64,000 bases of DNA from Marsupella aquatica. Taxonomy: Eukaryota; Plantae; Marchantiophyta. Made by a program: the position numbers and the translations under genes. This document shows, piece by piece, positions 42,325-54,629 of the stretch. The notes below the pieces were generated by a model that was given only the letters and a program-made list of their open reading frames with translations, had not been told where the DNA came from and did no database searches. Position 1 is the stretch's first letter, and each line of letters begins with the position of its first letter. The stretch covers positions 62,001 to 126,000 of the forward strand of contig OZ316896.1 of assembly GCA_973895155.1 (NCBI GenBank), given 5' to 3'.

Positions 42325-43589
42325 AGAATTTAGGGAAGTTGTAACCATGACCGATCCAGTAATGGATTATAGCAATTGTGTAAGAGTTCATAAGGAGAGA
42401 TAGTCAATTCAAGAGCACTCCACATTACAATACATAGAAACCCTAAATCATCACTTTAGAAATATATAACATATTAAATACAAGAAATAAACAGAGCATG
42501 AATGACATCCACATGAAACAAAGCATGATATAAGGAGGTCCTACATAAAACATTCATAAGAATTCAACATAATCACAATATTGCTGAAAGATGATGATCA
42601 ATTCAATTACAATGGAACAGTTTACAATGTCGTCAACGTAATTCAGAGAAAACAGGAACTTGTAAACTGAAAATTGTTTGAAATAATTGAAAGCAAATGC
42701 ATGTTACTATCAATTATCAAGCATGATAATGCATTGCTTCTTGAATTCTAAAATCTACAAAACATGACAGTGGTGGACCTTGCCACCCAGCACCCTCACC
42801 AATCCCAGCACTCACGCCTCCACAGAATACCTCGAGCAAGCATCCTAGGGCCCCTTGCACCACCAGCGGCCCCTCCCATACAAAGCCGCACTTGCTCTCC
42901 TACACGACCGCTACTCAACGGTCCTCACTGTCTGCACAAGCAAACAAGCACCTCAGTAAGTAACCCTTCAAGATCTAGAACTCGCCAAGTCTAGCATCCT
43001 AACTCAAGCTCAACAGAAATTGGTAAATAGGTCAGCGATAGGTCCTCCTGATGCCATAAGCGAGAACCAGAACCCACACCCACTGTTCATCCAGAACAGC
43101 TCCTTCCTTGGGCGTAGCCAGGGTTCCCCCTCGTACCTATCCATCACCAACTGACAGCCCTGACCCCAGCACATGCTCATGGCCCAAATAGTGTACCTTG
43201 TCCTAAAGCTTGTCCTAAAAGCTTGTCTAGCTGTGACGCCGCCGGTACGGCGGTTAATGAGTGATTCAGTCTAACTGCGCTCGGCACGCGCGTTAGGTGG
43301 GTCTTAGGCCGCTATTATTAGCATAACGACAGTATTTAGGTAATCATTAGGGGTAGGACATCATTAGGCAATAAGGGGGACTTCAGGTTCGGGCTGGCGG
43401 CGGGTCGCTATTCGCACACCCGGGTTATGAGCATGGAGGGGCCCCTCCCTCGGGTCCGTATAACGAACTTAAGGAAGCGGCCACTGACGCACGCTGACTC
43501 AGACCGGCGGAGTGGCCGGTACACCACAAGCGTGAGCGGTTCAACCTATGGGCGTCGAGGAGACGTCGGGGATCGACAAGCCCTCAAAG

Positions 43590-43597
43590 TATAAAAG
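43590..43597 (+). promoter_or_regulatory. Candidate TATA box (TATAAAAG) of LTR C
   Basis: About 108 nt upstream of the ORF ATG, followed by a pyrimidine-rich leader. Confidence 0.55.
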
Positions 43598-43697
43598 GGG
43601 AGCCAACCCTTTGTAGTGCACCAGTCCATCAGTCCGCGCGCCAGCTTCGACCCCAGCTCTCTCGTTCTCTCTAGGTCGCCACTACTATCTCCTCTGA

Positions 43698-46328
43698 ATG
43701 TCGCACACGATCCTCTCCAGCTCGGCCATTCGATTCTGGACGCAGTTCCTATCTACCGGAAGGCACTTGGCCGATTCATTGAAACACGCCAACCCGCGCC
43801 GATATGAGATCGAACGCGAATACGAGAGAGCCATCCGCCTAGCAGGACGACACCACTACGTCCTTAACTTTGACTACCCGTCTCAGAGCGAGCTTTACCG
43901 ACCAGCTGAGGTATCTGGGTACTTCTTTGACGGAGACAAATATATCGGGTTCTGGGAAGCATTGCTTCGGCTTCCGGACGAGGTCTTCAATATCCCGGGT
44001 ACAATCGACCTGCAGCGACATCACTTCGACCACATCCCTGCCCAGGTTCGGGCAATCATTAACGGCGAGTCCAGTACCAACCGTTCGACAAGGGCGTCCG
44101 CACTCGCTTCGGAGAACTTCTACCAGCACCTACAGAGCTTCATGGGAACTCGGCCATCAACCAACATGACCAACTCAGCCGGACCCGTACCCGTGCCCAT
44201 GCAACCTCAGCTTCAGCTTCAGCCTCAGCCGCAGCCTAGCCAAACCCCACCACCTATCACCCAGCCAGCACAGGTACGCTCCATCATCAACGCTGTGGAT
44301 CTTAGCGATGACGACGAGGCTACCCCACCCTTGACCAGGCGGCCCAGAGGAACAAACGCTCGGGGGCCCGACACTATACCGTCCCCACCCCCTGCTCTGA
44401 CCCCAGGAGCGGCCCCAGCAGACAACATGGTGACCGTGGCCGCCCCGGGCCCGTTACCAACCGCAGTGGCACTCCCCAGGCCCGATCGGGAGGATGGGGA
44501 AGTATCACCTTCCCCGAGTCAGTCACGGGGAAAGAAGAGAAAGGAATCCGCCAGTGCATCCGGGTTACCGTTAGCCACGGTAGCCGTAGCCAAGGTAACG
44601 ATGCATCGCATGGGGGAAAACGTTCACAGCAACATCCTCCATCCCAAGCATGCGGTGTACCTAAAGACTCAGGGATTTGAGCACCTCGCCTCTCTCCCCT
44701 GGAACACTTGCAGGTACTACGGGGAGGACATGACAGAATTCGTCAAGAATTATGACGACGTACGTCAACAGACTCGGCTGCGGGGAAGGAATATGTCCCT
44801 CACAAAAGAACGGCTCAAGATGATCTTCGGGTTACCCGAAGGTGACCATCGAGTCGAATCACGGGCTCCCGGGGGCAAGGGGGCCAAGTACCAATCTTCA
44901 AGTTTTCCCTCAGAGGGATCAGTAGACAACGGGTTCGTGATGAGGACCTGCCTCATGCCCGAGATAGCTGAGCGGCTGGAGTTCCAGAGGTACGCTCTCC
45001 ACTTGATGGAACCCCGGGGGGAGATCTCCGCCGCCTAGGTCATCCAGGTCGAGAACTATCGACCTAGGAAGTGGGCGTCGTACTTCGCTAAGAAATTCCA
45101 TGAAGAGATGGAGCGGCGAAGGAAGACGCTGTACATTGGCGGGAAGGCGTATTTCGCTAGCCACATCGAAATCATTCTTGAGTGGTATGCCCGGTTTGAT
45201 CGACGAACCCTTCCCCGCATCAACGTTACAAAGCTGGTCCCAGCTAGGTGGGTTTTTCCGGCATTGGAGAGACGACCCCAACCCGAGGCCCGAAGTCCAG
45301 TGGACACGCCAGCTTCACCCACCCCACCTCCACAAATAGCTGTAATCGTAACCGAGGAGGCGCCGGAGGGGTCGGTCGTCGCAACCGTTGATGCGACCCA
45401 ACTAGCCGGGCTAAGTACAGAAGTTGGTACGGCAGAGGTCTTACCCGAACCCGGGTCTCCCAAGGACCCGCCGGTGGCAATTCCGGAGAACCGGACATCG
45501 CTGCAGGAGGATACTCCGGCCCCTTCCAACGTTATGTCCCCAGGGCTGGACGTCACTGCCCCGGCCCCTGCGCGTGTTGATGTCTGCCCGTGCCCAAATC
45601 CGGACAGGCACAACTTGGACCACCCGGAACTCTTCGTACAGGGTACGTTTCTGAACGGGCTTCTGGGAGATTTCTCTCATCAAATTGCCCGGGATACCGG
45701 GGAGTTCATGGCTCGGAAGGTAGCCTGTTTCTTCAATCAGGAGTTGGTTGCCGCCGTAAAGGCAGGGCGGGCCCAGTCGGAGGCCCTTCAGAGGATAGAG
45801 CGGTACCGGGTGGAGTCCGTGTACCTAAAGAACGAAGTGGCGGCTCAAGAGGCTGAGCTTATGCAACTACGACCCAAGGTTGCAGCCGCCGATGAGTTGT
45901 TAGCAAAGGCGTACGCTCTTACCGCCCTAGCCGAACAGGCCAAAGCTGGGAACGAGGCCGAGATTACACGACTCCGGAACCAGATTGACAGTTTGAAGAA
46001 ACAAGCTGTCACCTGGCAGAAAGACCTGGAGGAGGCCGAGGAGCGAGCCCAGCGGGACGCGACGGAGATAGCCACACTGCAGGCCGAGATGGCGCGGCTC
46101 CAAACTGAGGCCGAGAAGCAGGACCAGCTGGCGAGTAAACTGGCGAGCGACGCCCAGCAGCTGGAGGAGGCATGTCAGGAGGCAGCAGAGGAGACGGACG
46201 CGGCGAGGCGAGAGAACGAATCTCTGCTAGACCAGGTCCAGCTCCTCAAAGCGGACAATGATAGGCTTCGAAGACAGCGGGATGGCCGTTCCCATTCGGG
46301 CGGCTCTGGCAAGCGTGCCAGGCATTAG
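43698..46328 (+). pseudogene. LTR-embedded ORF (about 876 codons, one TAG at 45036-45038): PMD-like domain and C-terminal coiled coil
   Basis: ORFs 43698-45038 and 45108-46328 are in the same frame; GEISAA*V aligns to AEIGKAQV of the family B ORF. Confidence 0.85.
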
Positions 46329-47859
46329 CGGCGGAGTAGGAATAGATTAGGATTAGGATTGGCTTAGTCAGGCTCTTGGGACAGGCACCTGTCTTAGGTA
46401 CGGCAGCGCTGCCCTGCTGTCCAGCCTGCGTAGATTAGGATCTTCTAATAAGACACAGCCGTTTTCCGGCCTGACTGTCAGCTTAGTTAGGACCTTGGTC
46501 AGCGAATCTTCGGCGGGAGGACGCCCCGTTCCTCGGCTCTTAGTATTTAGTGCACCCCTCGGTAGAGGGAGGGGGGGGTTTTTAGTTTCAGAGTCGGCCA
46601 TCCGCGGGACATGCGGGGAGTCCCGACCTCTGGGAATGACAGAGTACCAAGGGGAGGGGGTAGGACTAAGCTTGTCGGGCGAGTGCGGAGCCGGACTCCG
46701 TTGTAGTGTGCACCCTTGGCCTTGAACCTGTGCATTCCAGGGCTGTCGTGTCAACTAAGTGTACGCATATGTTCCCTTTGTAGTAAAAATCCTTTCCCAT
46801 CATTTTTCCTTCGTGTAAATCGAGATTGTATGCATGTGTGCGCATATGTGTGTGGGTTTCTCGTATATGGGTGGCAGCGCCGGGCCGAACGCACTACCCG
46901 AGACGTGCACAGGGTGCAGCCTGCGGGTAAGTGGTTGCGAGCACGGGTTGAGGACCTGTATCATCGAATCCGGATCGAAGGCGGACAGCACGAAGGCTTA
47001 GAAGCCCTTAAGCCGGGGTCGATCCTGCTATCGACTAAGGTACGTTCCGGCGGCGGAACACAAACCATACCTAGGAGGTGTCCGTATTTAGCAGTATGCG
47101 CACTTAGCGCTAGTTTACGAGAATAAGGTGCATTACGTGCTTCCCTTCCTGCCCGAACCCTCAGATTTACGAGGGATGTGCCCGTCTAAGCTGAAGTCTG
47201 AGTTAAGGCTGAAGCCTACGACGTGACACTAGCAACCAACTCCCGATTCGCCTCACTAATGGCCTAGGGACCGAGTACTCTTGGAACTCAACCTCCACAC
47301 CTACTTGGCCTTGCCTCCCCAACACAAGCTCCCTTGGGAGACTGAACACGGCTTGGCTGCTGTTCGGCAGGATTTGGTAAGCGGGCGAGTTAACACCAGC
47401 AAACCCCAAGAACCCATGGTGCCCCCAGACCCAGCTGAGCTCAGGAGGGCTACAGCTTTCCAACGCACCAAAGAAGTACTCCAAGAAGTTGTCATTTTGT
47501 GGTCGAGGCATTTGGTCTGCATACAATCAAGATACTCAAGGCCCTAACCCTTCAATAACAAATTTTTTAATCAGAACGGAAAAAGATGTTCAATTCCTCT
47601 TTTTTTCTAAAATTCTCAAGCATTTTTTAAACACAAATCGAGATGTTTGTTTCAGTCAGCATAGAAGGAATAGGTTGTGTGTACTTCTTACTTAGGTACG
47701 TTAGGCGCGATATTAATTAGGAACTTATTACGTTATGGACCCAAAAATGCCTCCAATAGTTTTTCTTCACAAGGTACTGTGCAGATCATTTGTATCGTGC
47801 CCAGATTTATATTGTGGTTTGACACACCTAGTAGCGCGCCGTGATGAGAATTATGCGGG

Positions 47860-48071
47860 TAGCTATGTGTTTCATGCCGGGTGGAGGTTGTATCACCTAC
47901 AATTCGACAACTGCATGTGGTGTTGCATCGTCTACTACCGAGGCCGAGTACACGCCTGCCTGTGAGGCAACTAAGGCACTGATCTGGCTACGGAGATTGG
48001 AGAGCCGTGGTGTTTGTATGGCAGTCAAAGTGCATTGCACTTGGCAAAGACACACCGTGTTCCACGCCAGG
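47860..48071 (+). mobile_element. Ty1/copia RNase H fragment
   Basis: VASSTTEAEY...CEATK..IWLRR. Confidence 0.8.
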
Positions 48072-49533
48072 TGTGGTGCGTCCCATGGCTCCCTAAACCC
48101 AAGAAACCCCCCAGCTCAAGCCGATTCCCGCAGGTTTCGTGCTTGGCGAGGCCGTTTCCGCGGCTTAGCGGCATGGGACGCTGCTAACCTTCTACTACTA
48201 CTATTAACATTTTACACACATATACTGGACAGATCCTTCATCGGGTCATGAGATACGTAGCCGGCCTAATATAGGCCTTCCCCTGTCTTCCCCTGTCTTC
48301 CCCTCCGTCTTGTTAGGTATGTTTGGATTCCGCCGCCGGAATGATCCCCAATAGGCTTGGTTAAGCCGCTAAGACCTCTCTCAGCTCGACACATCCAACT
48401 CTCACTCCCCTGCTTACTTTCCTTCCTTCTGTTGATGTGGGCACTCTTCACACAAGTTAATGCGACACACAAATAGCAAAATGACTCATTCTGACTGAGT
48501 CATACCATGCACTTGCCATACAAACAGTACATCTCATACACAAGTTCTGCGAACTAAGCCGTGAGGCCAACTCTATTCAGCTCTTAGGCATGAGGAAACA
48601 TGAATATACACAAGGGTCACTGTATGACTAACCGAGAGCTTCTCGTACTACTTGATCCCAGCCCGGCTGGTGCAAACTAAAAACTTGCTAAAGAAGAGGC
48701 CCTGAGCTCCCCGCTGCCCAGGTACTTATCCTGGTAGTGGATCCGCCATTCTTTGCATCGTAAGCCTAATCTACTTCACAGTAATCTACTTGCCCGAATC
48801 TACCTATGTACAGCAAGGCAGGAGCACAAGTGTTGCTCCTACCAGTGGGACCGCAATCCCACTAAGCTAAGTGTCAGGGCCGCTCCTGGTTCTGATCCTA
48901 ATCCTAAACGTGGAGATCCGTGCCCGCCCTGCCCACTCACGCCTCCTCCCTCCACGTCCGCCCTCCCTAAAAGGAACGGCGCCCTTGCACCGTCACGACA
49001 CCGGTGGTGGATCCTCAATGGACGCCCCCAACACTTCCTCCTCAGCCACTGCCGTTGGCCCGCCTACTGACAGATTACCTGCCCTTGACCGAGTCAACTC
49101 TCCATCGGCCTGACTGGGTCCACCTTCGGCTTCAGCCTCGACAACTCCCACGGCTTCGGCTTCAGCCACCCCCACGGCTTCGGCTTCAGCCAACCCCACG
49201 GCTTCGGCCTCAGCCAACCCCACGGCTTCGGCCTCCCGTAGTCGTCTGCCTAGTTCGTGCTCGCAAATGAGCCACCATCTCCTGCAAGCGCTCCTTACCC
49301 CTCTCCTCTGCCGGTCCTTCTTCCCGTTGATCCTTCCTAGCCGCCGACGCTTAACGCGCCCTAACCCTAATCGGGTTTTCACCCTCAGCCTTACCTCCGG
49401 CCTCTGCCCGGGTTCCATGGTTGCCCCTAATTGTTTATATTTTCCTTGTTTTGTCCCTATACTAAGGTGTTCCTAGGGTGCCTTCCTGCTTTACCCACTT
49501 AACCGGCCGAGTGATTCCTGTCTAGGCATCACA
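48072..49533 (-). mobile_element. Family B short 3' LTR (1462 bp)
   Basis: Preceded on the minus strand by PPT AAGTGGGGAG-CTA (49534-49546); near-identical to 7225-8686. Confidence 0.95.
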
Positions 49534-52500
49534 TAGCTCCCCACTTAATTGTGAAGCGTCCTCGCGAACAACTTCATCTTCGTCCATATAGTATTTCTTG
49601 AGGCGGTCATAATGGATGCGAACTGGATATACCTCTCCCGTAATGTTGGCCAATTGTACGGAGCCATTGGGGAACATCATGGTTACTCTAAAGGGTCCTA
49701 ACCAGCGAGTGTAAAGCTTTCCTGGAAACCTACTATACCTACTGTCATAAAGTAGCACAAGATCACCGGTATGAATACTAACTACTTTTAACCTTTTATC
49801 ATACTGCTGCTTCATGATATTCTGTCTATATTCTACTCTCTCGGCTGAAATCATTCTCGCTTCCTCTAAAGCTTCTAACCTATATTCTCGCTCCTTTAGG
49901 CTCTCCTCCGCTGAGGCTCTTTCCTCAATTGTAACTTGAAATGTCGGTATCTCAAGTTGCATGGGTACCAGGGCTTCTTGTCCAAAGGTTAAGAAGAAGG
50001 GTGTATGACCGGTAGTGGATTTATAGGCAAGATTGTAAGCAAAAACAGCAGCAAACAATTTATCATCCCAATCGAGTTTGTTCTGAGCTACTGTCTTGTT
50101 CAATATCTTTCCTATGATTCCGTTTGCTCGTTCTGTCAACCCGTTTGCCTTTGGATGGTAGGGAGTAGTAGGCCTATGTTTAACTAAATACTGCTCATTT
50201 AAACGACTAATTATATCATTCAAAAAATGGGTTCCTCTATCACTAACTAATTCTAGGGGTGCTCCATACCTGGTGAAGATCTGCTCATACATGAATCTAG
50301 CCGTAGTAATTGCATCATCCTTCGTTGTTGGTCTGGCCTCTACCCATTTAGTTGCATAATCCGTAGCCAGGATTATGTACTTGTTCCGTCGAGGGTGGGT
50401 CAGTGGTTTCAGAGGTCCAATGTAATCAATACCCCACTTCTCGAATGGTGCCAGAGGTAGAATAGGGTGCAGTGGATGCCTGGTGGACGCCCTTGGTCCT
50501 CCCGCTCGTTGACAAGGATCGCATTGTTTGATAAACTGATAGACATCTTTGTGCAAGGTGGGCCACCAGTAACCGGCATTTAATATCTTCTTAGACGTGG
50601 TTACTGGGGCAAAATGTCCTCCGGCCTCCTCTCCATGCATGGCCCGTAGGACTCGTTTTACCTCTCTCTTTTCCAAACATCTTTGAATCGTGCCGTTGAT
50701 TCCATGCTTGTGCAGTATGCCTTTAATGCACTGATACTGTCTAACCTTCCGCACAAAGACTGCGGCTTGCTCTCGGCTTAACCCTGGCTGTAATCTGGAA
50801 GTGCTGAGAAATTGTAAAATCTCAGGGTACCATGTACCAGCTATTTCCACAACGAATAGCTCCTCGTCGGGGAATCGATCATCGATGCAATCCGTGGCAG
50901 GTTTACCTGTGATCCTTGAAAAGAAGTCGGCATTGGCATGTAACTTTCCCGGCTTGATCCTCAGCTCATAGTCAAACTCCTGTAATAGCAAAATCCATCT
51001 TGCTACTCTGCCTGTAAGGTCCGGCTTATTGACTAGGTACTTCAAACTTTCATGATTAGTATGAAAGATTACCTTGTACCCTAGTAAATAATGCCTAAAC
51101 TTTTTACAAGAATAAATGACTCCTAATGCTTCTCTTTCCGTGGTAGAGTAGTTCCGTTCGGCATCGGCAAGCTGACGGCTTGCGAAGTATATGGGATGGT
51201 CCCTTCCTTTCTCATCCAACTGACTTAGTACTGAGCCAATACAGAAGCCCGAGACATCTACAAAAACATGAAAATCTTTGTTCCAGTCCGGTGCTATCAT
51301 GACTGGGGCCTCTACTAACATCTGCTTCAATTCTACCACCGCTGTGACTCGTTCGGGTGTGGGTTCGAAGTCTGCTCCTGCCTTGAGCATATTGGTTAAT
51401 GGTAAAGCCAGCTTGGCAAAATCCTTGATGAACCGGCGATAGTAACCAATGCATCTTAGGTTGCATGATATCTAGCCATACTGCTAGCTTACCTTTGTCA
51501 ATCTCAATGCCCTTCCTTGATACCTTGTGACCTAGTAGCACCCCCTCGGTTACTGCAAAAAAACATTTATCTGGGTGTAACTTGAGACCCACCTCTCTAC
51601 ATCTCATGAAGGTTTTCCTGAGGTATTTAGCATGTTTCGATGCCTTCCCGAATACTGCAAAGTCATCAATGAAGATTTCCATGAACTTTCTCAAGTAATC
51701 ATGAAAAATGTTCACCATTAATCGTTGGAACATAGCTGGTGCGTTGCAGAGTCCAAACGGCATACGATTGAAGACATAGATCCCCCATTCCGTGATGAAG
51801 GCCGTCTTGATTTGGTCTTCCTGCCGAATCCTGATTTGGTTATAACCAGAGTATCCATCCATGAATGAATATAGTTCATGACTGGCTACCATGTATAGTA
51901 CCATATCAGTAAACGGTAAAGGAAAATGGTCTTTTAATGTTGCTTCATTCAGCTTCCTGTAATCCTGACAAACCCGGATCTTGGGTTTACCATCGGGTCC
52001 AGCTTTCTTGGGAACTATCACAATTGGAGACACCCAGTTTGAATGCAGGACTGGAGTGATGAATCCAGCTTCAACTAGTTTGTCGATTTCTGTTTTGACC
52101 AGCAGGGAATACTTCGGGTTCATCCTTCGAATTGGTTGTCAAAATGATTTGGCTCCTAACATGAGATCAATTCGATGTTCCCCTAGTGTTGGATCTACTC
52201 CCTTTAGATCTTGGTGACTCCATGCAAACACATCCTGAAATTCAATCAATAAGTCACTGATCTCTTTCTCGAGCTCAGGTGCTAGGTTTCTCCCTAAGTT
52301 CAGTTCTCTTCCCTCTCCTAAGTCGAGCTTCCGATATTGCCGTGCTTGGATCATATTAATTTGCTTCTTCAAATTCGGGTCCAGTTCGGCTTCCAGTCTC
52401 TCTAATCTCATACCTCCATAAACTGGGATCTCGGCTGGACTAGCCGAGTCGGTCCCTTCCTTGGTGTCCATAGATTGTCCCCTTACCGGTCTATTCGGTT

Positions 52501-54629
52501 TTGAATTAGTGGTCGGCTCCCCTTCCTGCCTTGGCTCTGGATCGTGTCTGTCCATCTCATCCACTTCTTGCTCCTGAGAGTTAGGCCGCTGTGCTCTCTC
52601 GGCTTCTAATAGGGCCTCAATTTGTTCTGCCCTCGTAATCGGCTTGTATGCCGATCCCTTGGTATTTAATTCCTTGCCGATGATCGATGGCGTTGTGGAC
52701 CCCGTCGGCTCTGCCACAACGCCTGCAGAAAATCCACTGTCCCTGCTACTGCTCCCCACTTAGCCGTTTCATCCAATTGGTCTACATCCTTTACTTCCTC
52801 CGGAATTGCAGCTAAAAAGGTGGATTCTATTGTAAAGCAGTCCTCGACCTCTTCGTCTTCTTCTTCCAAGTCACCTTCCATTGGTTCTTGCCATAATCCG
52901 CTGGGGGTACCTCTGGTCCAAAGACACCTTCTTCGGTTAGGTTAGTGAGGCATTCTAACCAACGTACTTCATCGGCTGACTCCAGTCCACTGTCGTACCC
53001 ATCTACTTCCCTTATGCTTTTCCTACGGTCATCCTTAGTGTCCCAGGATACCGTGATAGAGGGGGTCCCGAAAGTGAACTGCTTTTTACCCCAATCTTCT
53101 ATTACCTCGGCTAGGTACAGCCATGGCCTACCAATCAATAGCCGGAATGACGTAGGATTTACCGGCTTCATTACTACATAGTTAATGCTAAAGAAGATAC
53201 CTCCTATCTCTGTCTTGATGCCGGTTAACACTCCCGTCGGAATGACCTGATATCCATTGGCCATGTTCAACACTCTTCCAGTCATCTCCGGTGTTAGACC
53301 CCACCCTTTTGCTGTTGAATCAATCATAATACATACCCCTGATCCTCCATCGATGGGTACCCGTAGTAATAATTCTCCTTGAATCATTAATGGTAATGCT
53401 GGGGCTCCTTGATCTTCTTCTATCATTAGTACGTCGGATCTGGTTGCTACCTTGGGTAATCTCGGCTTGCCGAGAATAGCCTTCCTTAATTGCTTCCGGA
53501 AGTACGGGCTATTTTTCAATAGTTGACCTACTGTTGCCGAGACTCTAGATTCTAGTACATCTTTAGCCAGGTCATAGGGAACAATCGGCTTCTCTTCTGG
53601 TGGTGTTTCCGTCTTGGATTTGGCCAGTTTTGCCACGCTAGTCTCCACAGCTGTTGGGTCTTCCGAAGCAAACAATGCTTTTGCTCGTTTTACATCCTTG
53701 GTAATGGCTTCGGTATTCTCCAGGGTTTCTAATTCTCTTAGTTGTTCCTTAACACTAGCCGTAACAGAGGGGTAGAACAACTTAGGATGATCTCGATTGA
53801 AGTCGCTATCTTGTGAAGGATTGGTTTCACTGGTGGGCTCATGGCTTACCTGTATTGCCGGAGCCCTCCCTTCTCCTTCTGTTGATGTTGACGAAGAGTC
53901 GATCCTTTCCTCCGTAACCTTCCCTTTATTTTTGGCCAGCCCATCCCACCTTTCCTTCCTTCTGGTAGATCGAGTAGAGACCCGGTAGCAATCATGATCT
54001 AAATCCTCCTCTGAGAAGGTTGATAGGGCTTCGGCCTCATCATCAGATGGTACAAACTCTGCCTCGGCATCCTCTTGCCATCCTAGTTCGATGTGGTTGA
54101 TTTGAACTCCTCCGGGGGTAGTACCTGGCGGTAAGATCTTGATCGGCAAAAGCTTATGATTTGCGGCCAGGCCTGCCAACCAAGTAGGACATTGCCCTAG
54201 CATATGACCTTCCTGTCGGCATCCCATACATAGCTGAGCTGGTTGTCCATCACCCTGTTTGCGTGCATTCGGGCATTCTCTAGCAAAATGGCCAGGTTGA
54301 CCACAATTATAGCACGCCGCAAATCTTTGCACATTCGGCCTAGGAGGTACTGACGGGTTCTGAATAATCCGAGGATACATCTCTCCTGGATTGTTCCTTA
54401 ACCCTGACCACAGAGATGCAGGTCTGTTGGATAGGTCTCGTGCTCCAGTCTCACTGATGCCGAAAACACTATCAGCGGCATCTCCCAAAAAGTACTCTAC
54501 TTCTCCCTGACATGGTCTGACCTCGGCCACATGCCAAACATGATTAGTATTAAGCTTAGGACACGCATCTTTATGGTGTCCGGTTTTATAACATAAGGCA
54601 CACCATACAGAGCTATCCTCCTGTACTAC
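49522..54629 (-). pseudogene. gag-pol: Family B gag (C-terminal part), protease, RT, RNase H, integrase; several frameshifts and stops
   Basis: Three CCHC knuckles; IDGGS protease; RT CQDYRKLN...FGLCNAP...FIDD; RNase H FVDVS; integrase WGIDY, VSDRG, NGLTER; TGA at 52139; frameshifts near 52870, 52750 and 51455; pol stop lies inside the LTR. Confidence 0.95.

Larger units (their letters stand above)
43232..47228 (+). mobile_element. Family C solo LTR (3997 bp) carrying a long ORF
   Basis: TGTGACG...CGTGACA ends; perfect 5-bp TSD CTAGC at 43227-43231 and 47229-47233; host LTR resumes on the far side. Confidence 0.88.
42771..47560 (-). mobile_element. Chromovirus-family LTR copy, split by the family C solo LTR (pieces 42771-43231 and 47229 to about 47560)
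   Basis: Reverse-complement homology to 24920-25732; begins TGGTGG (= CCACCA end); no PBS adjacent. Confidence 0.75.
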
